Assembly: GCA_963770955.1 (NCBI GenBank)
Contig: CAVYRK010000002.1
Location: forward strand, 485,381-549,380
Direction: 5' to 3'
DNA from: an uncultured Actinomycetota bacterium
GTDB taxonomy: Bacteria; Actinomycetota; UBA4738
DNA: 64,000 nucleotides
Both the position numbers and the translations under genes were made by a program. The notes beneath the pieces are model-generated. The model saw only the letters and a list, made by a program, of their open reading frames with translations. It did not search any database and was not told where the DNA came from. This document shows positions 9,425 to 21,712 of the stretch, piece after piece. Within the stretch, counting starts at the first letter, position 1. Every line of letters begins with the position of its first letter.

Positions 9425-9967
9425 TCACGACGCCGGCGCCGACGCCAGCGCCTTGTCGATCTGCGACTGGAGGTCGGCGGTATCGACCACTCCGGCGCCC
9501 GTCCAGATGCGTTTTCCGGCGCCGTCGTACACCATCGTGTCCGGCTGTCCGAGGAGCCCGTAGCCGCGCTTGATCTCGCTCTTGGGGTCGGCGACGCTCG
9601 GATACGTCCACCCGTACTTCTGGATGAACGCCCGGGCCGGCGCCGTCTGGTCGTCGATGTCGACCCCGATGAACTGCACCTTGTCTCCGTACTGCTTCGC
9701 GAGCTGAGCGAGTCCCGGTGCCTCGGCCATGCACGGACCGCACCACGAGGCCCAGATGTTCACGACGACGACCTTTCCCGTGAGGTCGGCGAGCACCCCC
9801 TTGAACTGGTCATTGGTGAAGGTGGGCAGCGCCGTTGGACTCGACGGCAGGGCGACCGGGTTGGTCCCGCCGGACGAGCCACCGCCGACGACCACGAACA
9901 CCACTCCGGCCAGCACTCCGGCAACCACCAGGGCGATCACCACACGAACCCACGCGGATCGACGCAT
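9425..9967 (-). CDS. TlpA/ResA-type thiol-disulfide oxidoreductase, membrane-anchored
   Basis: ATG 9967 within ORF 9425..10702. N-terminal TM segment, then the thioredoxin motif [10 protein letters not shown]. Confidence 0.85.
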   Translation of the reverse strand: MRRSAWVRVVIALVVAGVLAGVVFVVVGGGSSGGTNPVALPSSPTALPTFTNDQFKGVLADLTGKVVVVNIWASWCGPCMAEAPGLAQLAKQYGDKVQFIGVDIDDQTAPARAFIQKYGWTYPSVADPKSEIKRGYGLLGQPDTMVYDGAGKRIWTGAGVVDTADLQSQIDKALASAPAS

Positions 9968-10060
9968 CGATCCATCGTCGCATGCGACTGCAGGGATTGC
10001 CCGGCGAACAACCCGCCCGCCCCGGGTCAGGTCCTGAGCCGATGCTAACCTGCGGCTTCG

Positions 10061-11637
10061 GTGACACGGATGCTCGACGCCCCTGCGCTCGTCCGGGCCA
10101 TGGCGCTGTACGCGCAGGCCCTGGAGACGTTTCGCGACGAGATCGACTCGCTGAACGTCTTCCCGGTGCCCGACGGCGACACCGGCACGAACCTCGTCCA
10201 TACGCAACGAGCGGTCGTCAACGCGCTGTCGGAGGACGCTGCGCGCGACATCGGCGGAGTGGCTGAGACGATCGCCCATGCGGCCCTGCACAGGCGCACG
10301 CGGCAACTCCGGCGTCATCCTGTCCCAGGTGCTCCGGGGACTCTGCGCCGCGGTGCCGAGCACCGGCGCGGACGGAGCGGCGACCGAGCGGGCGCTGCAG
10401 GAAGCCGCGACCGCGGCGCGCCGGGCGGTCGCCGAGCCGAAAGAGGGGACCATTCTCACGGTCCTCGACGGCGCGGCTGCCGCCGCGGAGGACGCGATCG
10501 GGCCCGGCGCGGCAACGAACGACGCCACTGCCGATGCGGGCGACGTCCTCGCCGCCGCGCTCGCAGGCGCCCGCGAGGCGCTCGGGCGGACCCGATCCCT
10601 GCTGCCGGAGCTTCGTGCCGCCGGCGTCGTGGACGCGGGCGGCAAGGGAACGGTTCTCCTGCTCGACGCGCTCCACGCGGCCGTGACCGGCGGTGATCTC
10701 ACCGAGCCCGCTGGACCGATCCGGGCCCATTGGACACACTGCCGGTGGCCACGAGCCGCAGCCGCTCACGTTCGCGTACGAGGTCGAATTCCTTCTCGAG
10801 AACCCCTCGGGCGACGTCGGCGAGCTTCGCGGCGCGCTCGCAACTATGGGCGACTCGCTCGCCATCGTCGGTGGCGACGCCCTGTATCGCGTGCACATCC
10901 ACACCGACCGGCCCGATGAGGTGCTCGCCGGCGCCGCCGCGGCTGGGACGATCCGCGAGGCGGCCACCACCTCGCTCGAGGAACAGGTCGCCGACTGCCT
11001 CGGGCACGGGGCGCGCGGCGTGCAGGCCGGCGCGTCGTCCAGCGGGCTGCCGGGCGCGACCGCCTGCGCGCTGATCGCGGTCCTCGAACCGTCGGGTGTC
11101 GCCGACGCCATCCGTTCGCTTGGCGCCATCATCGTGGAGCCCGCCGGCGATGACGAGCGCACGGTCGAACGGATCGGTGAAGTCCTCGTCTCGACGCCGG
11201 CACGCTCCGCCGTGGGGCTCGTCGAGGCGTCACACGCAGACCTCCTCGCGGCCGACCCACGGCTCGTGGAACTGGCCTTCGTCGTCGTGTCCAGCCTGCC
11301 GGCGGCGATCTCGGCGGCGGCCGAGTTCCATCCGGGCGCCGCCCCGATTGTCAACGTCGTCGCCATGGGGGCCGCCGCCAAGCGATGCCGCACCGCCGAG
11401 GTCGACGCCAGGCCAGGATCCGCCGACGGAACGCCTGATGCGGTCGCGGACGCCGTTGCCGACCTCGTCGCGGGCGCGCAGGATGCCGAGGTGCTCACCG
11501 TCGTCGCCGGCGCCGAGGTCGCCGATGAACTGCTCGCGGCGGCCACCGCGGCGGTGACCCGCCGCTTCCCTGATCTCCGCGTCGAGACCCTCCGCGGGGG
11601 CCGGCGAGATCCCGCCTATCAGGTTGGGCTGGAATGA
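10061..11637 (+). pseudogene. yloV: DAK2-domain fusion protein YloV; frame broken twice (~10285-10295 and ~10723-10727, both +1)
   Basis: Three ORFs (10061.., 10278.., 10693..11637) together read as one YloV. The pieces are PVPDGDTGTN, then GARGNSGVILSQ...ELRAAGVVDAGGKG, then LTFAYEVEFLL...YRVHIHTD. Confidence 0.85.
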
Positions 11638-13938
11638 CATCGGCCAAGCTCTCGCTCGACAGTCCCGTCGCCGACATCGACGCCCGCGTCGCGAATCGCA
11701 AGATGGGGCGCAAGACCGGCCGCCCCGCGAGCCAGGTGCTCGCCGAGCAGTTCGGCATCGAGACCGTCGGCCAGCTCCTCCGCCACTACCCGAGGCGATA
11801 CATCGACCGCTCGAACACCGTCCCGATCCGCGCCGTGCGGACGGTGAGGGCGACGCAACCCACGCTTGCCGTCGCCGGATCGGAGGCCGACACGCGGCGG
11901 ATCTCGATCGGCCAGTGGGTGACCGTCATCGCCACCGTCCACAGCACGCGCCAGCGCTGGACGCGGAACCGGCAGCAGATGGTGACGGTCACCGTCGACG
12001 ACGGAACCGGGAAGCTCGACCTGCCGTTCTTCAACCAGCCGTGGCTCGCCAACCAATTCGAAAAGGGCCAGGAGGTGGCGGTATCCGGCCGGGTCGGCAT
12101 GTACCGGGGGAACGTGCAGCTCCAACAGCAGGAGGTCGAGATCCTCCGCGGCGGCGACGCCGACACGGTCCACACCGGCCGCATCATCCCCGTGCATCGC
12201 GCGACCGAGGGCATCACGCCGCGCACGATCCGCGAGCTCGTCTACCGCGCGCTGCAGCAGCTGGGGCCCATCGACGATCCGATGCCGGTCGACGTCCTGG
12301 CCGGCGAGGACCTGGTGGACGAGGACTCCGCGCTGCGCTGGATCCACTTCCCGACCGACCGCCGCCAACAGGGCGCCGCGATCGACCGGCTGAAGTTCGA
12401 CGAGCTGTTCGCGCTCGAGCTGGGCGTGGCGTTCCGCAAGCGCCGCCTCGAGCGGCACGCGGTCGGCGTCGAGCACGACGTGAACGGCGCGCTCGCGGGC
12501 GAGTTCGTTCGCGAGCTGCCCTTCGAGATGACCGAGGCGCAGGCGCGGGCCGCGAAGGAGATCGAGCACGACATGGCCGGCCGACACCCGATGCACCGGC
12601 TGCTGCAGGGCGACGTCGGGTCGGGCAAGACGGTGGTCGCGCTGTACGCCGCGATGGTCGCCGTGCAGTCGGGCCACCAGGCCACGATCATGGCTCCGAC
12701 CGAGGTGCTCGCCGCCCAGCACCTCCGGAGCGCGCAGGCGCTGCTCGCCCCACTCGGCGCCCGGAACGTCCTGGACGGAGCGGCGAGCCGCCGCACCGCG
12801 AAGAAGGTTCCCGAGGACCAGGCGAGCCTCTTCACCGGCGTCCGCGGCGGACGAGCCGACCGAACACACGCCGGCCCTCACGTTCGCACTCCTGACCGGC
12901 TCGGTCACCGGCAACGACCGGAAGCAGGTGCTGGAGGGCATCCGCGACGGCGAGGTCGACCTCGTGGTCGGGACGCACGCACTGGTGCAGGAGGGCGTGG
13001 AGTTCGCCGACCTCTCGCTGGCCGTGATCGACGAGCAGCACCGGTTCGGCGTGCACCAGCGGCTGCTGCTGAAGGAGAAGGGGCCGCCCCCGACGTCCTG
13101 ATCATGACGGCGACGCCGATCCCGCGGACGCTCGCGCTCACGTACTACGGCGACCTCGACGTGTCCGTCCTCGACGAGCTGCCCGCCGGCCGGCAGCCGA
13201 TCGAGACCTTCGTCGCGCGAACCGTCGAGCAACGGAAGGACGCGTACCGCCTGGTGCGGGAGGAGGTCGCCGGCGGGCGTCAGGTGTTCGTCGTGTGCGC
13301 GGCGATCGACGAGGCGAACCGTGCCGAGGTGAAGGCCGCCGAGAAGGAGGCGGATCGACTTGCGACGCAGGTGTTCCCCGAGCTGCGCATCGCGCTTGCT
13401 GCACGGACGGATGCGCCCCGCCGAGAAGGAGGCGCGCATGGACGCGTTCCGAGCGGGCGAGGCCGACGTCCTCATCGCGACGACGGTGATCGAGGTCGGC
13501 GTCGACGTGCCGAACGCGACCGTGATGCTCGTCGAGAACGCGGAGCGGTTCGGCCTCGCGCAGCTCCACCAGCTGCGCGGGCGCATCGGCCGGGGCGAGC
13601 ACCGGTCCTACTGCATCCTGTTCGACGACAGCGAGAACGACAGCCGCGAGGCGCGTCCACGCCTCGACGCGATGGTTCGGACGACCGACGGGTTCGAGCT
13701 GGCCGACGAGGACCTCCGGCTGCGAGGCGAGGGGACGCTGTTCGACGTGCAGCAGTCGGGCATGCCCGACCTGAAGCTCGCGCGGCTGGCCGACGACGCC
13801 GCGCTGGTGAAGCGGGCACGGACCCGTGCCTTCGCCGTGATCGACGCGGACGAGGAGCTGGCCGGCCACCCCGAGCTGGTGTCGCTGCTCCACGACAACT
13901 TCTCGGGGGAGGCGCTCGACTGGCTGTTCCACAGCTGA
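11634..13938 (+). pseudogene. recG: ATP-dependent DNA helicase RecG; 3 frame breaks (~12838-12846 +1, ~13081-13091 -1, ~13395-13399 +1)
   Basis: GDVGSGKTVVA, APTEVLAAQH, LLTGS...GTHAL, VIDEQHRFGV, MTATPIPRTLA, LLHGRM...EK, TTVIEVGVDVPNA and QLRGRIGRG are spread over three frames (ORFs 11634.. and 13360..13938, plus an unlisted middle frame). Confidence 0.92.
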
Positions 13939-13953
13939 TCGACGGCGCCGGGC

Positions 13954-14497
13954 ATGAGGATCATCGCGGGGTCGGCGCGCGGCATCCGGCTCGCTCCGGT
14001 GCCCGACGGAACCCGCCCGCTGGCCGACCGGGCCCGCGAGGGCCTGTTCTCCTCGCTCGGCGCGGTGGTGGGCGGGGCAGCGGTCCTCGATCTGTACGCC
14101 GGCACGGGAGCGGTCGGCATCGAGGCGCTCTCGCGCGGGGCCGTGCGGGCGGTGTTCGTGGACTCCTCGAAGGAGGCGGTCCGGACCATCCGGGAGAATC
14201 TCGGCCGGGCGAAGCTGTCGGATCGGGCAGAGGTCCTGCGGAGTGACGTCCTGCGCGCGATCCACTCGGGCCTGGGGGCCTTCGACCTGGTCTTCCTGGA
14301 CCCGCCCTACGCGGTCGCCGGCAGCGCGCCTGGAGGCGGTGCTGGCCGATCTGGCCGGCCGGCAGACCGTCGCCGAGGGCGGTCTCATCGTCCTCACCAG
14401 GGAGATCAAGAATTCCACGCCTGTGATTCCGGTAGACTGGCGGTCCGATCGGCGGCTTTCGTACGGCGACGCCGCCGTCCTCGTCTACAGGGCTTGA
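13954..14497 (+). pseudogene. rsmD: 16S rRNA (guanine966-N2)-methyltransferase RsmD; one +1 break ~14315-14332
   Basis: [10 protein letters not shown]...[18 protein letters not shown]...FLDPPY is in the ORF 13954 frame. The C-terminus LEAVLADLA...VLVYRA is in ORF 14243..14497. Confidence 0.88.
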
Positions 14498-14523
14498 GCG
14501 GACACCCCCAGGAGGCGCGCGAG

Positions 14524-15010
14524 ATGGGCCTTGCGGCCATGTGTCCGGGAACGTTCGATCCGGTCACCAACGGCCATCCAGACATCATCCGCAGGGCCGC
14601 CGCGGTCTTCGACCAGGTGGTGGTCGCGGTCCTGGAGAACACCGGCAAGACGCCGCTGTTCTCCCTCGAGGAGCGGACCTCCATGCTCAAGGAGGCCCTG
14701 CAGGACGTGGACGGCGTCGAGGTGACCAGCTTCTCCGGGCTCCTCGTGGACTTCGCGAAGCAGCGCGGGCATCCGGGTGATCGTGAAGGGCCTTCGGGCC
14801 GTGACGGACTTCGACTACGAGTTGCAGATGGCGCAGATGAATCATCAGATGACCGGCATCGAGACGTTCTTCGTCCCGACCAGCCCGCAGTGGTCGTTCC
14901 TGTCGTCGTCGCTGATCAAGGAGATCGTGCGACACGGGGGCGACGTCCCGGGCATGGTCCCGGAGAACGTCCACCTCCGCCTGCGCGAGAAGCTCCTCGG
15001 GGGCGACTGA
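14524..15010 (+). pseudogene. coaD: Phosphopantetheine adenylyltransferase; one +1 break at ~14767-14770
   Basis: [22 protein letters not shown] sits in one frame and [21 protein letters not shown]...SSSLIKEI in ORF 14777..15010. Removing one G from CGCGGGCATC joins them. Confidence 0.92.
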
Positions 15011-15013
15011 GCC

Positions 15014-15544
15014 ATGGGCGACATCGTCGGCCGGCTCCAGCAGCTGGAGAACATGGTGCGCGAGGCGCGCTCCGTGCCGCTGTCCACGAGCGCGATCGTC
15101 GGGCGCGAGGAGGTCCTCGAGATCATCGAGGCCGCCCGAGCGGAGCTTCCCGAGGAGATCAAGCAGGCCCGGTGGGTCGTGAAGGACCGCGAGGAGCTCC
15201 TGGACAAGGCGCGCCGCGACGCGGAGGCCCTCGTCGAACGCGGGCGCGCGGAGCGGGACCGCCTCGTGTCCGAGCAGGAGGTCGTCCGGGCGGCCAAGGA
15301 GGAGTCCGAGCGCGTCCTGGCGGACGCGGACCAGCGCTCCCGCGAGATGCGCCTCGAGGCCGACGACTACGTCGACCACAAGCTGGCGCAGTTCGAGATC
15401 GCGCTGGAGAAGACCGCCGCCGCGCTGGAGCGCTCGATCGCGCAGGCGCAGCGGGGGCGCGAGCGTCTTCGGGGCGGAACGGTGGCCGAGGAGGAGCTCG
15501 GCGCCGACAGCACCCCGATGTTCGACGGCGAGGAGGAGGCGTGA
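15014..15544 (+). CDS. Charged coiled-coil protein (ATP-synthase-b/DivIVA-like helix), function unknown
   Basis: ORF 15014..15544, intact. Highly charged E/R/A-rich heptad-like sequence. It occupies the coaD-yceD position. Confidence 0.6.
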   Translation: MGDIVGRLQQLENMVREARSVPLSTSAIVGREEVLEIIEAARAELPEEIKQARWVVKDREELLDKARRDAEALVERGRAERDRLVSEQEVVRAAKEESERVLADADQRSREMRLEADDYVDHKLAQFEIALEKTAAALERSIAQAQRGRERLRGGTVAEEELGADSTPMFDGEEEA

Positions 15545-16063
15545 CGGTGGCCGTGGAGGTCGACGTCCGCGACCTGGTCGGCCGGCCGGGGTCCTCGCGC
15601 GAACTGCGGGTGGACGAGCCGATCGAGGGTGGCATGGCCATCGAGCTGGCGGCCGTTCCCGCCGACCGCCCGGTGCGCGCGGACCTGCTGCTGGAGAGCG
15701 TGGTCGAGGGCATCCTGGCGTCCGGTTCGGTCTCGGGCGAGATGGACCTGTCCTGCGCCCGCTGCCTTCGTCCGGTCGGGCACGGCTTCGAGGTCGACGG
15801 TGAGCGAGCTGTTCGTCGAACCCGAGCGCGCGGAGCCCGACGAGGACTACCTGCTGCCGTCGACCGGCGTGATCGACATCGAGCCGATGCTCCGCGACGC
15901 GGTCGTGTTGTCGATGCCGTTCTCCCCGCTGTGCCGGCCCGACTGCAAGGGGCTGTGCCCGAGGTGCGGGGGCGACCGAAACCTGGACGAGTGCCGGTGC
16001 GAGCCGGAGCGCGACGAGCGCTGGGACGTGCTGTCCCGCATCGATTTTCCCGACGAGGGCTGA
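15541..16063 (+). pseudogene. yceD: YceD/DUF177 family protein; one +1 break ~15797-15800
   Basis: GTG 15541 overlaps the upstream stop. The N-terminal half is in the ORF 13954 frame. The C-terminal half with [17 protein letters not shown] is in ORF 15629..16063. It sits directly upstream of rpmF, as is usual. Confidence 0.85.
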
Positions 16064-16080
16064 CGACGGAGGAGAATGAC

Positions 16081-16257
16081 ATGGCAACGCCAAAGCGACG
16101 CACGACGAAGGCCAAGAGCCGCTCGCGGGCGGCCAACTGGAAGGCGTCTCCGCCGACCTACAGCGAGTGCCCGCAGTGCCGGCAGCCGAAGCTCCCGCAC
16201 CGCGTGTGCGCGAACTGCGGGTACTACCGCGGCCGGCAGGCCGTCGAGGTCGAGTAG
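16081..16257 (+). CDS. rpmF: 50S ribosomal protein L32
   Basis: [21 protein letters not shown]...[20 protein letters not shown]. Confidence 0.93.
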   Translation: MATPKRRTTKAKSRSRAANWKASPPTYSECPQCRQPKLPHRVCANCGYYRGRQAVEVE

Positions 16258-16268
16258 AGGGGCCGCGG

Positions 16269-16997
16269 GTGCCGCGCAAGGCCACTCCGCTGGAAAAGGC
16301 CCTGAAGGTCCGCTTCAAGGACGCAGGGCTCCTGCGCCACGCGCTCACCCACCGTTCCTACGCGTTCGAGAACGAACTGCCGCAGAGCATGACGAACGAG
16401 CGCCTCGAGTTCCTCGGCGACGCGGTGCTCGGCATCGTCGTGACCGACATCGCCTACCGAGCGTTCCCCGACCTGTCGGAGGGACAGCTGGCGAAGCTCC
16501 GCGCCGCCACCGTCAACATGACGACGCTCGCCGACGTCGCACGGGGGTTCGGCCTCGGCGAACAGGTGCTGCTGGGCAAGGGCGAGGTGATGTCCGGCGG
16601 CCGCGAGAAGGCCAGCATCCTGGCCGACGCGCTGGAGGCGGTGCTGGGCGCCATCTACATCGACCAGGGCCTGCAGGCGGCGTTCCGGCTGATCGACCGC
16701 CTGTTCTGGCCGCGCATGTCGGCATACGCGCGCGGGGAGGGCGACCGGGACTACAAGACGAGCCTCCAGGAACTGTCGGCGCAGGATCTCGGGCGCCTCC
16801 CCGAGTACCGCGTGCGCGAGCGGGGGCCGGACCATCAGAAGGAGTTCACCGCCACCGTGTTCCTGGCCGGGCGTGAGTTCGGCATGGGCACGGGGCGATC
16901 GAAGAAGGAAGCGGAGCAACGGGCGGCCCGCCAGGCGTACGCCCGGCTGCTGGAGGAGCGGGACCCCGTCCCCGACTCCGACGGCGAGCCGCGATGA
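16269..16997 (+). CDS. rnc: Ribonuclease III
   Basis: GTG 16269 within ORF 16167..16997. Signature [13 protein letters not shown] plus a C-terminal dsRBD (KTSLQE...[12 protein letters not shown]). Confidence 0.93.
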   Translation: MPRKATPLEKALKVRFKDAGLLRHALTHRSYAFENELPQSMTNERLEFLGDAVLGIVVTDIAYRAFPDLSEGQLAKLRAATVNMTTLADVARGFGLGEQVLLGKGEVMSGGREKASILADALEAVLGAIYIDQGLQAAFRLIDRLFWPRMSAYARGEGDRDYKTSLQELSAQDLGRLPEYRVRERGPDHQKEFTATVFLAGREFGMGTGRSKKEAEQRAARQAYARLLEERDPVPDSDGEPR

Positions 16998-17872
16998 CCA
17001 CCGCTGGTCGGGGGGGAGGAGACGGGCTCGTGGAGCTGCCCGAGGTCGAAGTCGTCAGGCGAGACCTGGAAAAGGACGTCGTCGGTCGTCGGATCCGTGA
17101 GGCCGACGTGCGCCCGCAGCGCAACGCCATGCGGGTCATCCGCAGGCACGCGCGACGCAAGGAGTTCTCGGATCGCTTGGCGGGCAAGAAGATCGCCAGG
17201 GTCGACCGCAAGGGAAAGTACGTCCTCATGTACCTCGACGGCGGGGACGTGCTCGTCGTGCACTTCGGCATGACGGGGCAGTTGCTGCGCGGGAACAAGC
17301 GCCAGGCGCTCCCGCCGCACACGCACGTCGTGCTCGAGTTCATGCAGGGCGGCGATCTCCGCTTCGTCGACCCGCGCACGTTCGGCGAGATGTTCGTGAC
17401 CGGCGTGGACGAGCTCGGCAAGGTGAGGGAGCTCGATCACATCGCGATCGACCCGCTGGAGGACACGTTCACGTGGCAGCAGTTCTCCGCCGAGCTGGCG
17501 CGCCGCGCGACCAAGCTGAAGCCGCTGCTGATGGACCAGAAGTTCATCTCCGGCCTCGGCAACATCTACTCCGACGAGGTGCTGTTCGCGGCAGGGCTGC
17601 GGTGGGACCGGATGTCGGACACGCTCTCGTCGCAGGAGGTCCGCCGTCTCTACCGCGCGCTGCGCGAGGTGGTGCAGGAGGCGATCCGGTTCCGCGGGAC
17701 GACGCTGGAGGACGAGGCGTACGTCGACCTGTACGGGAAGCCGGGCGAGTTCGCGGCGGAGCTCAAGGTGTACGGGCGCAGGGGGCTGCCGTGCCGCCGG
17801 TGCCGGACCCCGATCGAGGTCGTGAAGATCTCGGGCCGGGGCAGCTACTACTGCCCGCAGTGCCAGAGCTGA
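16994..17872 (+). CDS. mutM: Formamidopyrimidine-DNA glycosylase family protein (Fpg/MutM); N-terminus atypical
   Basis: ORF 16994..17872. [14 protein letters not shown]2TH region and C-terminal zinc finger CRRC...CPQCQ. An alternative GTG start exists at 17030. No start choice gives the canonical Met-Pro N-terminus. Confidence 0.85.
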   Translation: MTTAGRGGGDGLVELPEVEVVRRDLEKDVVGRRIREADVRPQRNAMRVIRRHARRKEFSDRLAGKKIARVDRKGKYVLMYLDGGDVLVVHFGMTGQLLRGNKRQALPPHTHVVLEFMQGGDLRFVDPRTFGEMFVTGVDELGKVRELDHIAIDPLEDTFTWQQFSAELARRATKLKPLLMDQKFISGLGNIYSDEVLFAAGLRWDRMSDTLSSQEVRRLYRALREVVQEAIRFRGTTLEDEAYVDLYGKPGEFAAELKVYGRRGLPCRRCRTPIEVVKISGRGSYYCPQCQS

Positions 17873-17885
17873 GCCCCATCCGGCC

Positions 17886-18156
17886 GTGAAGCGCGTGCGG
17901 GTCCTGGTGTCGGGCGACGTCCAGGGGGTCGGCTTCCGGTGGTCGACCCGTGAGGAAGCGGCCCGGCGCGGACTGGCTCGGGTGGGTGCGGAACCTGTCC
18001 GACGGGCGCGTCGAGGCGGCCTTCGAGGGCCCGCCCGGCGACGTCGAGGCCATGGTGGACTGGTGCCGCACGGGGCCGAGGTGGGCGACGGTGTCCCGGG
18101 TGGAGGTCGTCGAAGAGGAGCCAACCGGCGAGACGGGCTTCCTGATCGCGCGCTGA
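17886..18156 (+). pseudogene. acyP: Acylphosphatase; one +1 break ~17975-17983
   Basis: VRVLVSGDVQGVGFRWSTREEA is in ORF 17886. GWVRNLSDGRVEAAFEGP...V is in ORF 17950..18156. Confidence 0.85.
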
Positions 18157-18298
18157 GCACTCCCCGGGTGGGGGGCAACGGGCTCCTGCGGTGGGGGATT
18201 TTCGCCCGCGAATCCGCAGGTCGAATCACATGCGTGGGATTTTGACCCTCCGAAGGGCCGTCGGCGCCCCGATTGCACCGGTAACATGCGGTCCCGAA

Positions 18299-21200
18299 GT
18301 GTTCTTGCGCCAGTTGACCCTTCGTGGATTCAAATCCTTCGCGGACAAGACCGTCCTCGAGTTCACTCCGGGCGTCGCCGTCGTGGTGGGCCCGAACGGC
18401 TCGGGCAAGTCCAACGTGGTCGACGCCATCTCGTGGGTGCTCGGCGAGCAGGGGCCCCGGACCCTCCGCGGCGAACCAGATGACCGACGTGATCTTCGCG
18501 GGGAGCCCGGCCCGGCCGCAGCTCGGGATGGCCGAGGTGAAGCTGGTCATCGACAACTCCGCCGGCCTGATCCACGTCCCGGCGGCCGAGATCGAGATCA
18601 GCCGGACCATCTTCCGATCGGGAGAGAGCGAGTACCGGCTGGGCGGCCGGCCCGTGCCGGCTGCTGGACATCCAGGAGGTCCTGTCGGACGCGGGCATCG
18701 GCCGGGCGTTGCACGCGATCGTCGGCCAGGGCCGGCTGGACGAGATCCTCCAGTCGCGGCCCGGAGGACCGCCGGCAGTACATCGAGGAGGCGGCCGGCA
18801 TCGCCAAGCACCGCCGCCGCCGCGAGCGGGCCGAGCGGAAGCTGGCCGGTGTCGAACAGGACGTGCTTCGGCTGAACGACGTCGTCGCCGAGCTCCGCCG
18901 CCAGCTGAAGCCGCTCGAGAAGCAGGCCGAGCTGGCGGAGAAGCACGACGAGCTGACGAAGGAGGCCGGGGCGCTGGCGGCCGGGCTCGCGGCCGTGCGG
19001 CTGCGCGAGCTGTACCGCGACCGCGACCGCCGCCGGCCATCGTGGGCCGAGGCCGAGGCGCAGCAGGCGGCGGCGCGCGAGCGGCTCGACCGGCTGGGCG
19101 GCGAGATCGAGGACCTGGAGAAGATGCTCGCCGAGCGTGAGGCGGCGGAACGCCACGCCGAGGCGGAGCACACGTCCGCCGTCGCGCGGAAGTCGGTGGC
19201 GGAGGCGGAGCTGCGCGAGGCGATCCGCGACGAGGCGCAGGCGCGCGAGCGCCTGGCGACGGCGTCGAACGACGCGGGCCGGCTGTTCACGCTCCAGGAC
19301 GAGCTCGCAGCGGTCGGAGGTCGCGCTGACCGAGGCGGCCACCTCACTGGCGGAGCGCGACGCGGCGCTGGAGACGGCCGAGGAGGAGTACCGCCGGCTC
19401 GACCAGGCGCGGCGCGACGCGGAGGACGAGCGCCGGCGGGCCGAGGGCGAGCGCGCCGCCCGCCTGGCGCAGGCCGACGCCCTTCGCAGGACGCTGTCGA
19501 TGCAGCAGGCCGAACAGCAGCACCTGGCCGAGACGTTGCAGGACGTCGCCGTCCGCATGGAGGCGGCCGAGCTCCGCGCGGAGAACCGGGCGGTGCAGAT
19601 CGAGCGGCTCGACGCCGAGGGCACGCCGCTGGGCGAAGAGCTGCGGGCGCTCGACGCACGCCGGCAGGAGCTCGCCACGGCGGGCCGCGGAGCTGGAGGC
19701 AACCCAGCAGTCGCTCGTCGCCCGGCAGGAGGCGGTGGACGCGCGCATCGAAGAGGCGAAGGAGTCGCCCGGCGCGGCGTTCGCGCGCGCGCGGGGCGCC
19801 CGGCCGCTCGGGCTGCTGCGGGACCTGATCGGCGCCCCCGAGGACCTGCGGCGAGCGGTGCTCGCGGCGCTCGGTCCGTTCGCCGACGCGGTCGTGTACG
19901 GATCGCACGCGGAGGCGGTGGCGGAGGCGGCGGAGGACCGTGGCGGCGGCGTGCTGCTGGCGGTCGCCGATGGCGGATCGGCGCACTTCTCCGTCCCCGG
20001 ACGGACGTGCCTGCTCGACCTGGTGAAGCCCGACCGGCGCGTGCGCGGCCTGGCCGGCACGCTGCTGGCCGACTGCTACCTGGTGCACGACACGGCCGAG
20101 GCGGCGGACGCCCAGGCGAAGCACCCGCACGCGCAGTTCGTCACGCGCGACGGTGTGGTGGTCGGCGCGACGTTCGTACGGACGCCGGCGCGGCACGAAG
20201 CGCGCGTCGAGAAGCTGGTCCGCGAGTCGGCTGCGCTGGAGCGTGAGCTGGGCGACGTGCGCCGCCGGTTGCGCGAGCTCCGCGCTGAGCTGGTGCAGGT
20301 CAACGGCCGGCTCGAGATGGTTCGGGGGCGCCTCGAGCAGATCGACGACGGCATCACCGCGGCGGCGGAAGAGGCGGCCGAGATCAAGGCCGAGATCGCG
20401 TCGCTCGCCAAGGAGAAGGAATTGGTCGGCGAGCGCCTGCGCACGTTGCTGAGCACCGCGTCGCGCGCGCGCTCCGAGCTGGCCGATGAGCCCGAGGGCG
20501 CCGAGGCGCCCGCCCTGCCCCCGCGCCCCGAGCCGCCCATCCACCTCCGGGTCGAGACGGAGTCGCTCCGTCGCGAGCGTTCCCGGCTGGAGGCCGCGGT
20601 GGCGCGCATGCGGCGCGAGGTGGATGCGCTGAAGGAGGAGGACCCGCTCGCGTTGCGCGCCGCGCTCACCACGCTCGAGGCAGAGCGCGCGTCGCGCGAG
20701 GATCGACTGGGCCCCGCCGACTCCGAGCTGGCCGAGTGGGCGGAGCGGCATCACGCCGCGGTGAACGCGGCCCGCGAGTCTCGAGACCGCCACGCGGAGA
20801 CGAACCGCGCCTGGCGCGAGCAGGCCGCGGAGGCCGAGCGCATCCGCGAGTCACACGAGGACGAGGAGCGCGGACGCCTCGACCTGGAGCGGCGGATCGT
20901 CGAGGCGGAGCGCCTGCTGCGGGAGGGCCACCGGACGGAACCGGAGGAAGCCGTTCGGGCGCTCGACGAGGACGCCACCGTCGAGTCGCTGCAGCGCCGC
21001 GCCGACCTGGTCGCGCGCCGGCTCGAGATGGTCGGCCGCGTCAACCTGCTGGCGGCCGATGAGTTGGGTTCGCTCCGCGAGCGCTTCCAGTTCATGACGC
21101 GCGAGCTCGACGACGTGAAGGCCGCGCGCCGCGACCTCAACGAGGTCATCCGCGAGGTCGACCGCCAGATGATCGAGCTGTTCTCGGCGGCGTTCGAAGA

Positions 21201-21705
21201 CGTGTCGCGGGAGTTCTCCGAGCTGTTCGGGACGCTGTTTCCCGGCGGGGAGGGGCGCCTGCTCCTGGAGGATCCGGCGGACCTGCTGGGCACGGGGATC
21301 GAGATCGAGGCTCGCCCGGGCCGCAAGCGGGTGAAGCGCCTGTCGCTGCTCTCGGGCGGCGAGCGGTCCATGGCGGCCATCGCCTTCCTGTTCGCGATCT
21401 TCAAGGCCCGGCCCAGCCCGTTCTATCTGATGGACGAGGTGGAGCCGGCGCTCGACGACGTCAACCTGGTGCGGTTCCTGGAGGCGCTCCAGCAGCTGTC
21501 GGAGCAGTCGCAGGTGATCATCGTGACGCACCAGAAGCGCACGATGGAGCTCGCGGACGTGCTTTACGGTATGTCCATGTCGAAGGACGGGACCACCAAG
21601 GTCGTCGCGCAGAGGCTGGCGACGGACGATCCGGAGCCTGCCACGCGGGCCGACGAGCCAGTGATCGTGGCCGAGCCGGCGCCCGCCGGCGGCTCCGGAG
21701 CCTGA
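18299..21705 (+). pseudogene. smc: Chromosome partition protein Smc; 5 successive +1 breaks (~18472, ~18656, ~18761, ~19310, ~19682); intact from ~19.7 kb to the stop
   Basis: The Walker A head FKSFADKT...GPNGSGKSNVVDAISWVLGEQ, then [31 protein letters not shown], the coiled coil, and the C-terminal LSGGERSMAAIAFLFAIF...PFYLMDEVEPALDD are read across ORFs 18191, 18324, 18709, 19137 and 19735..21705. Confidence 0.93.
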
Positions 21706-21712
21706 CGCTGCC

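Noticed and set aside
16835-19702. Very long antisense or out-of-frame ORFs (e.g. 16835..19702-, 18598..20793-, 11619..13586-, 14687..16348-, 61179..62696-, 2346..3689-, 1390..2496-)
   Set aside because: These are Arg/Ala/Pro/Gly-rich low-complexity translations mirroring real genes on the other strand or frame. They are the usual stop-codon-poor shadow ORFs of high-GC DNA, and no recognisable domains appear.
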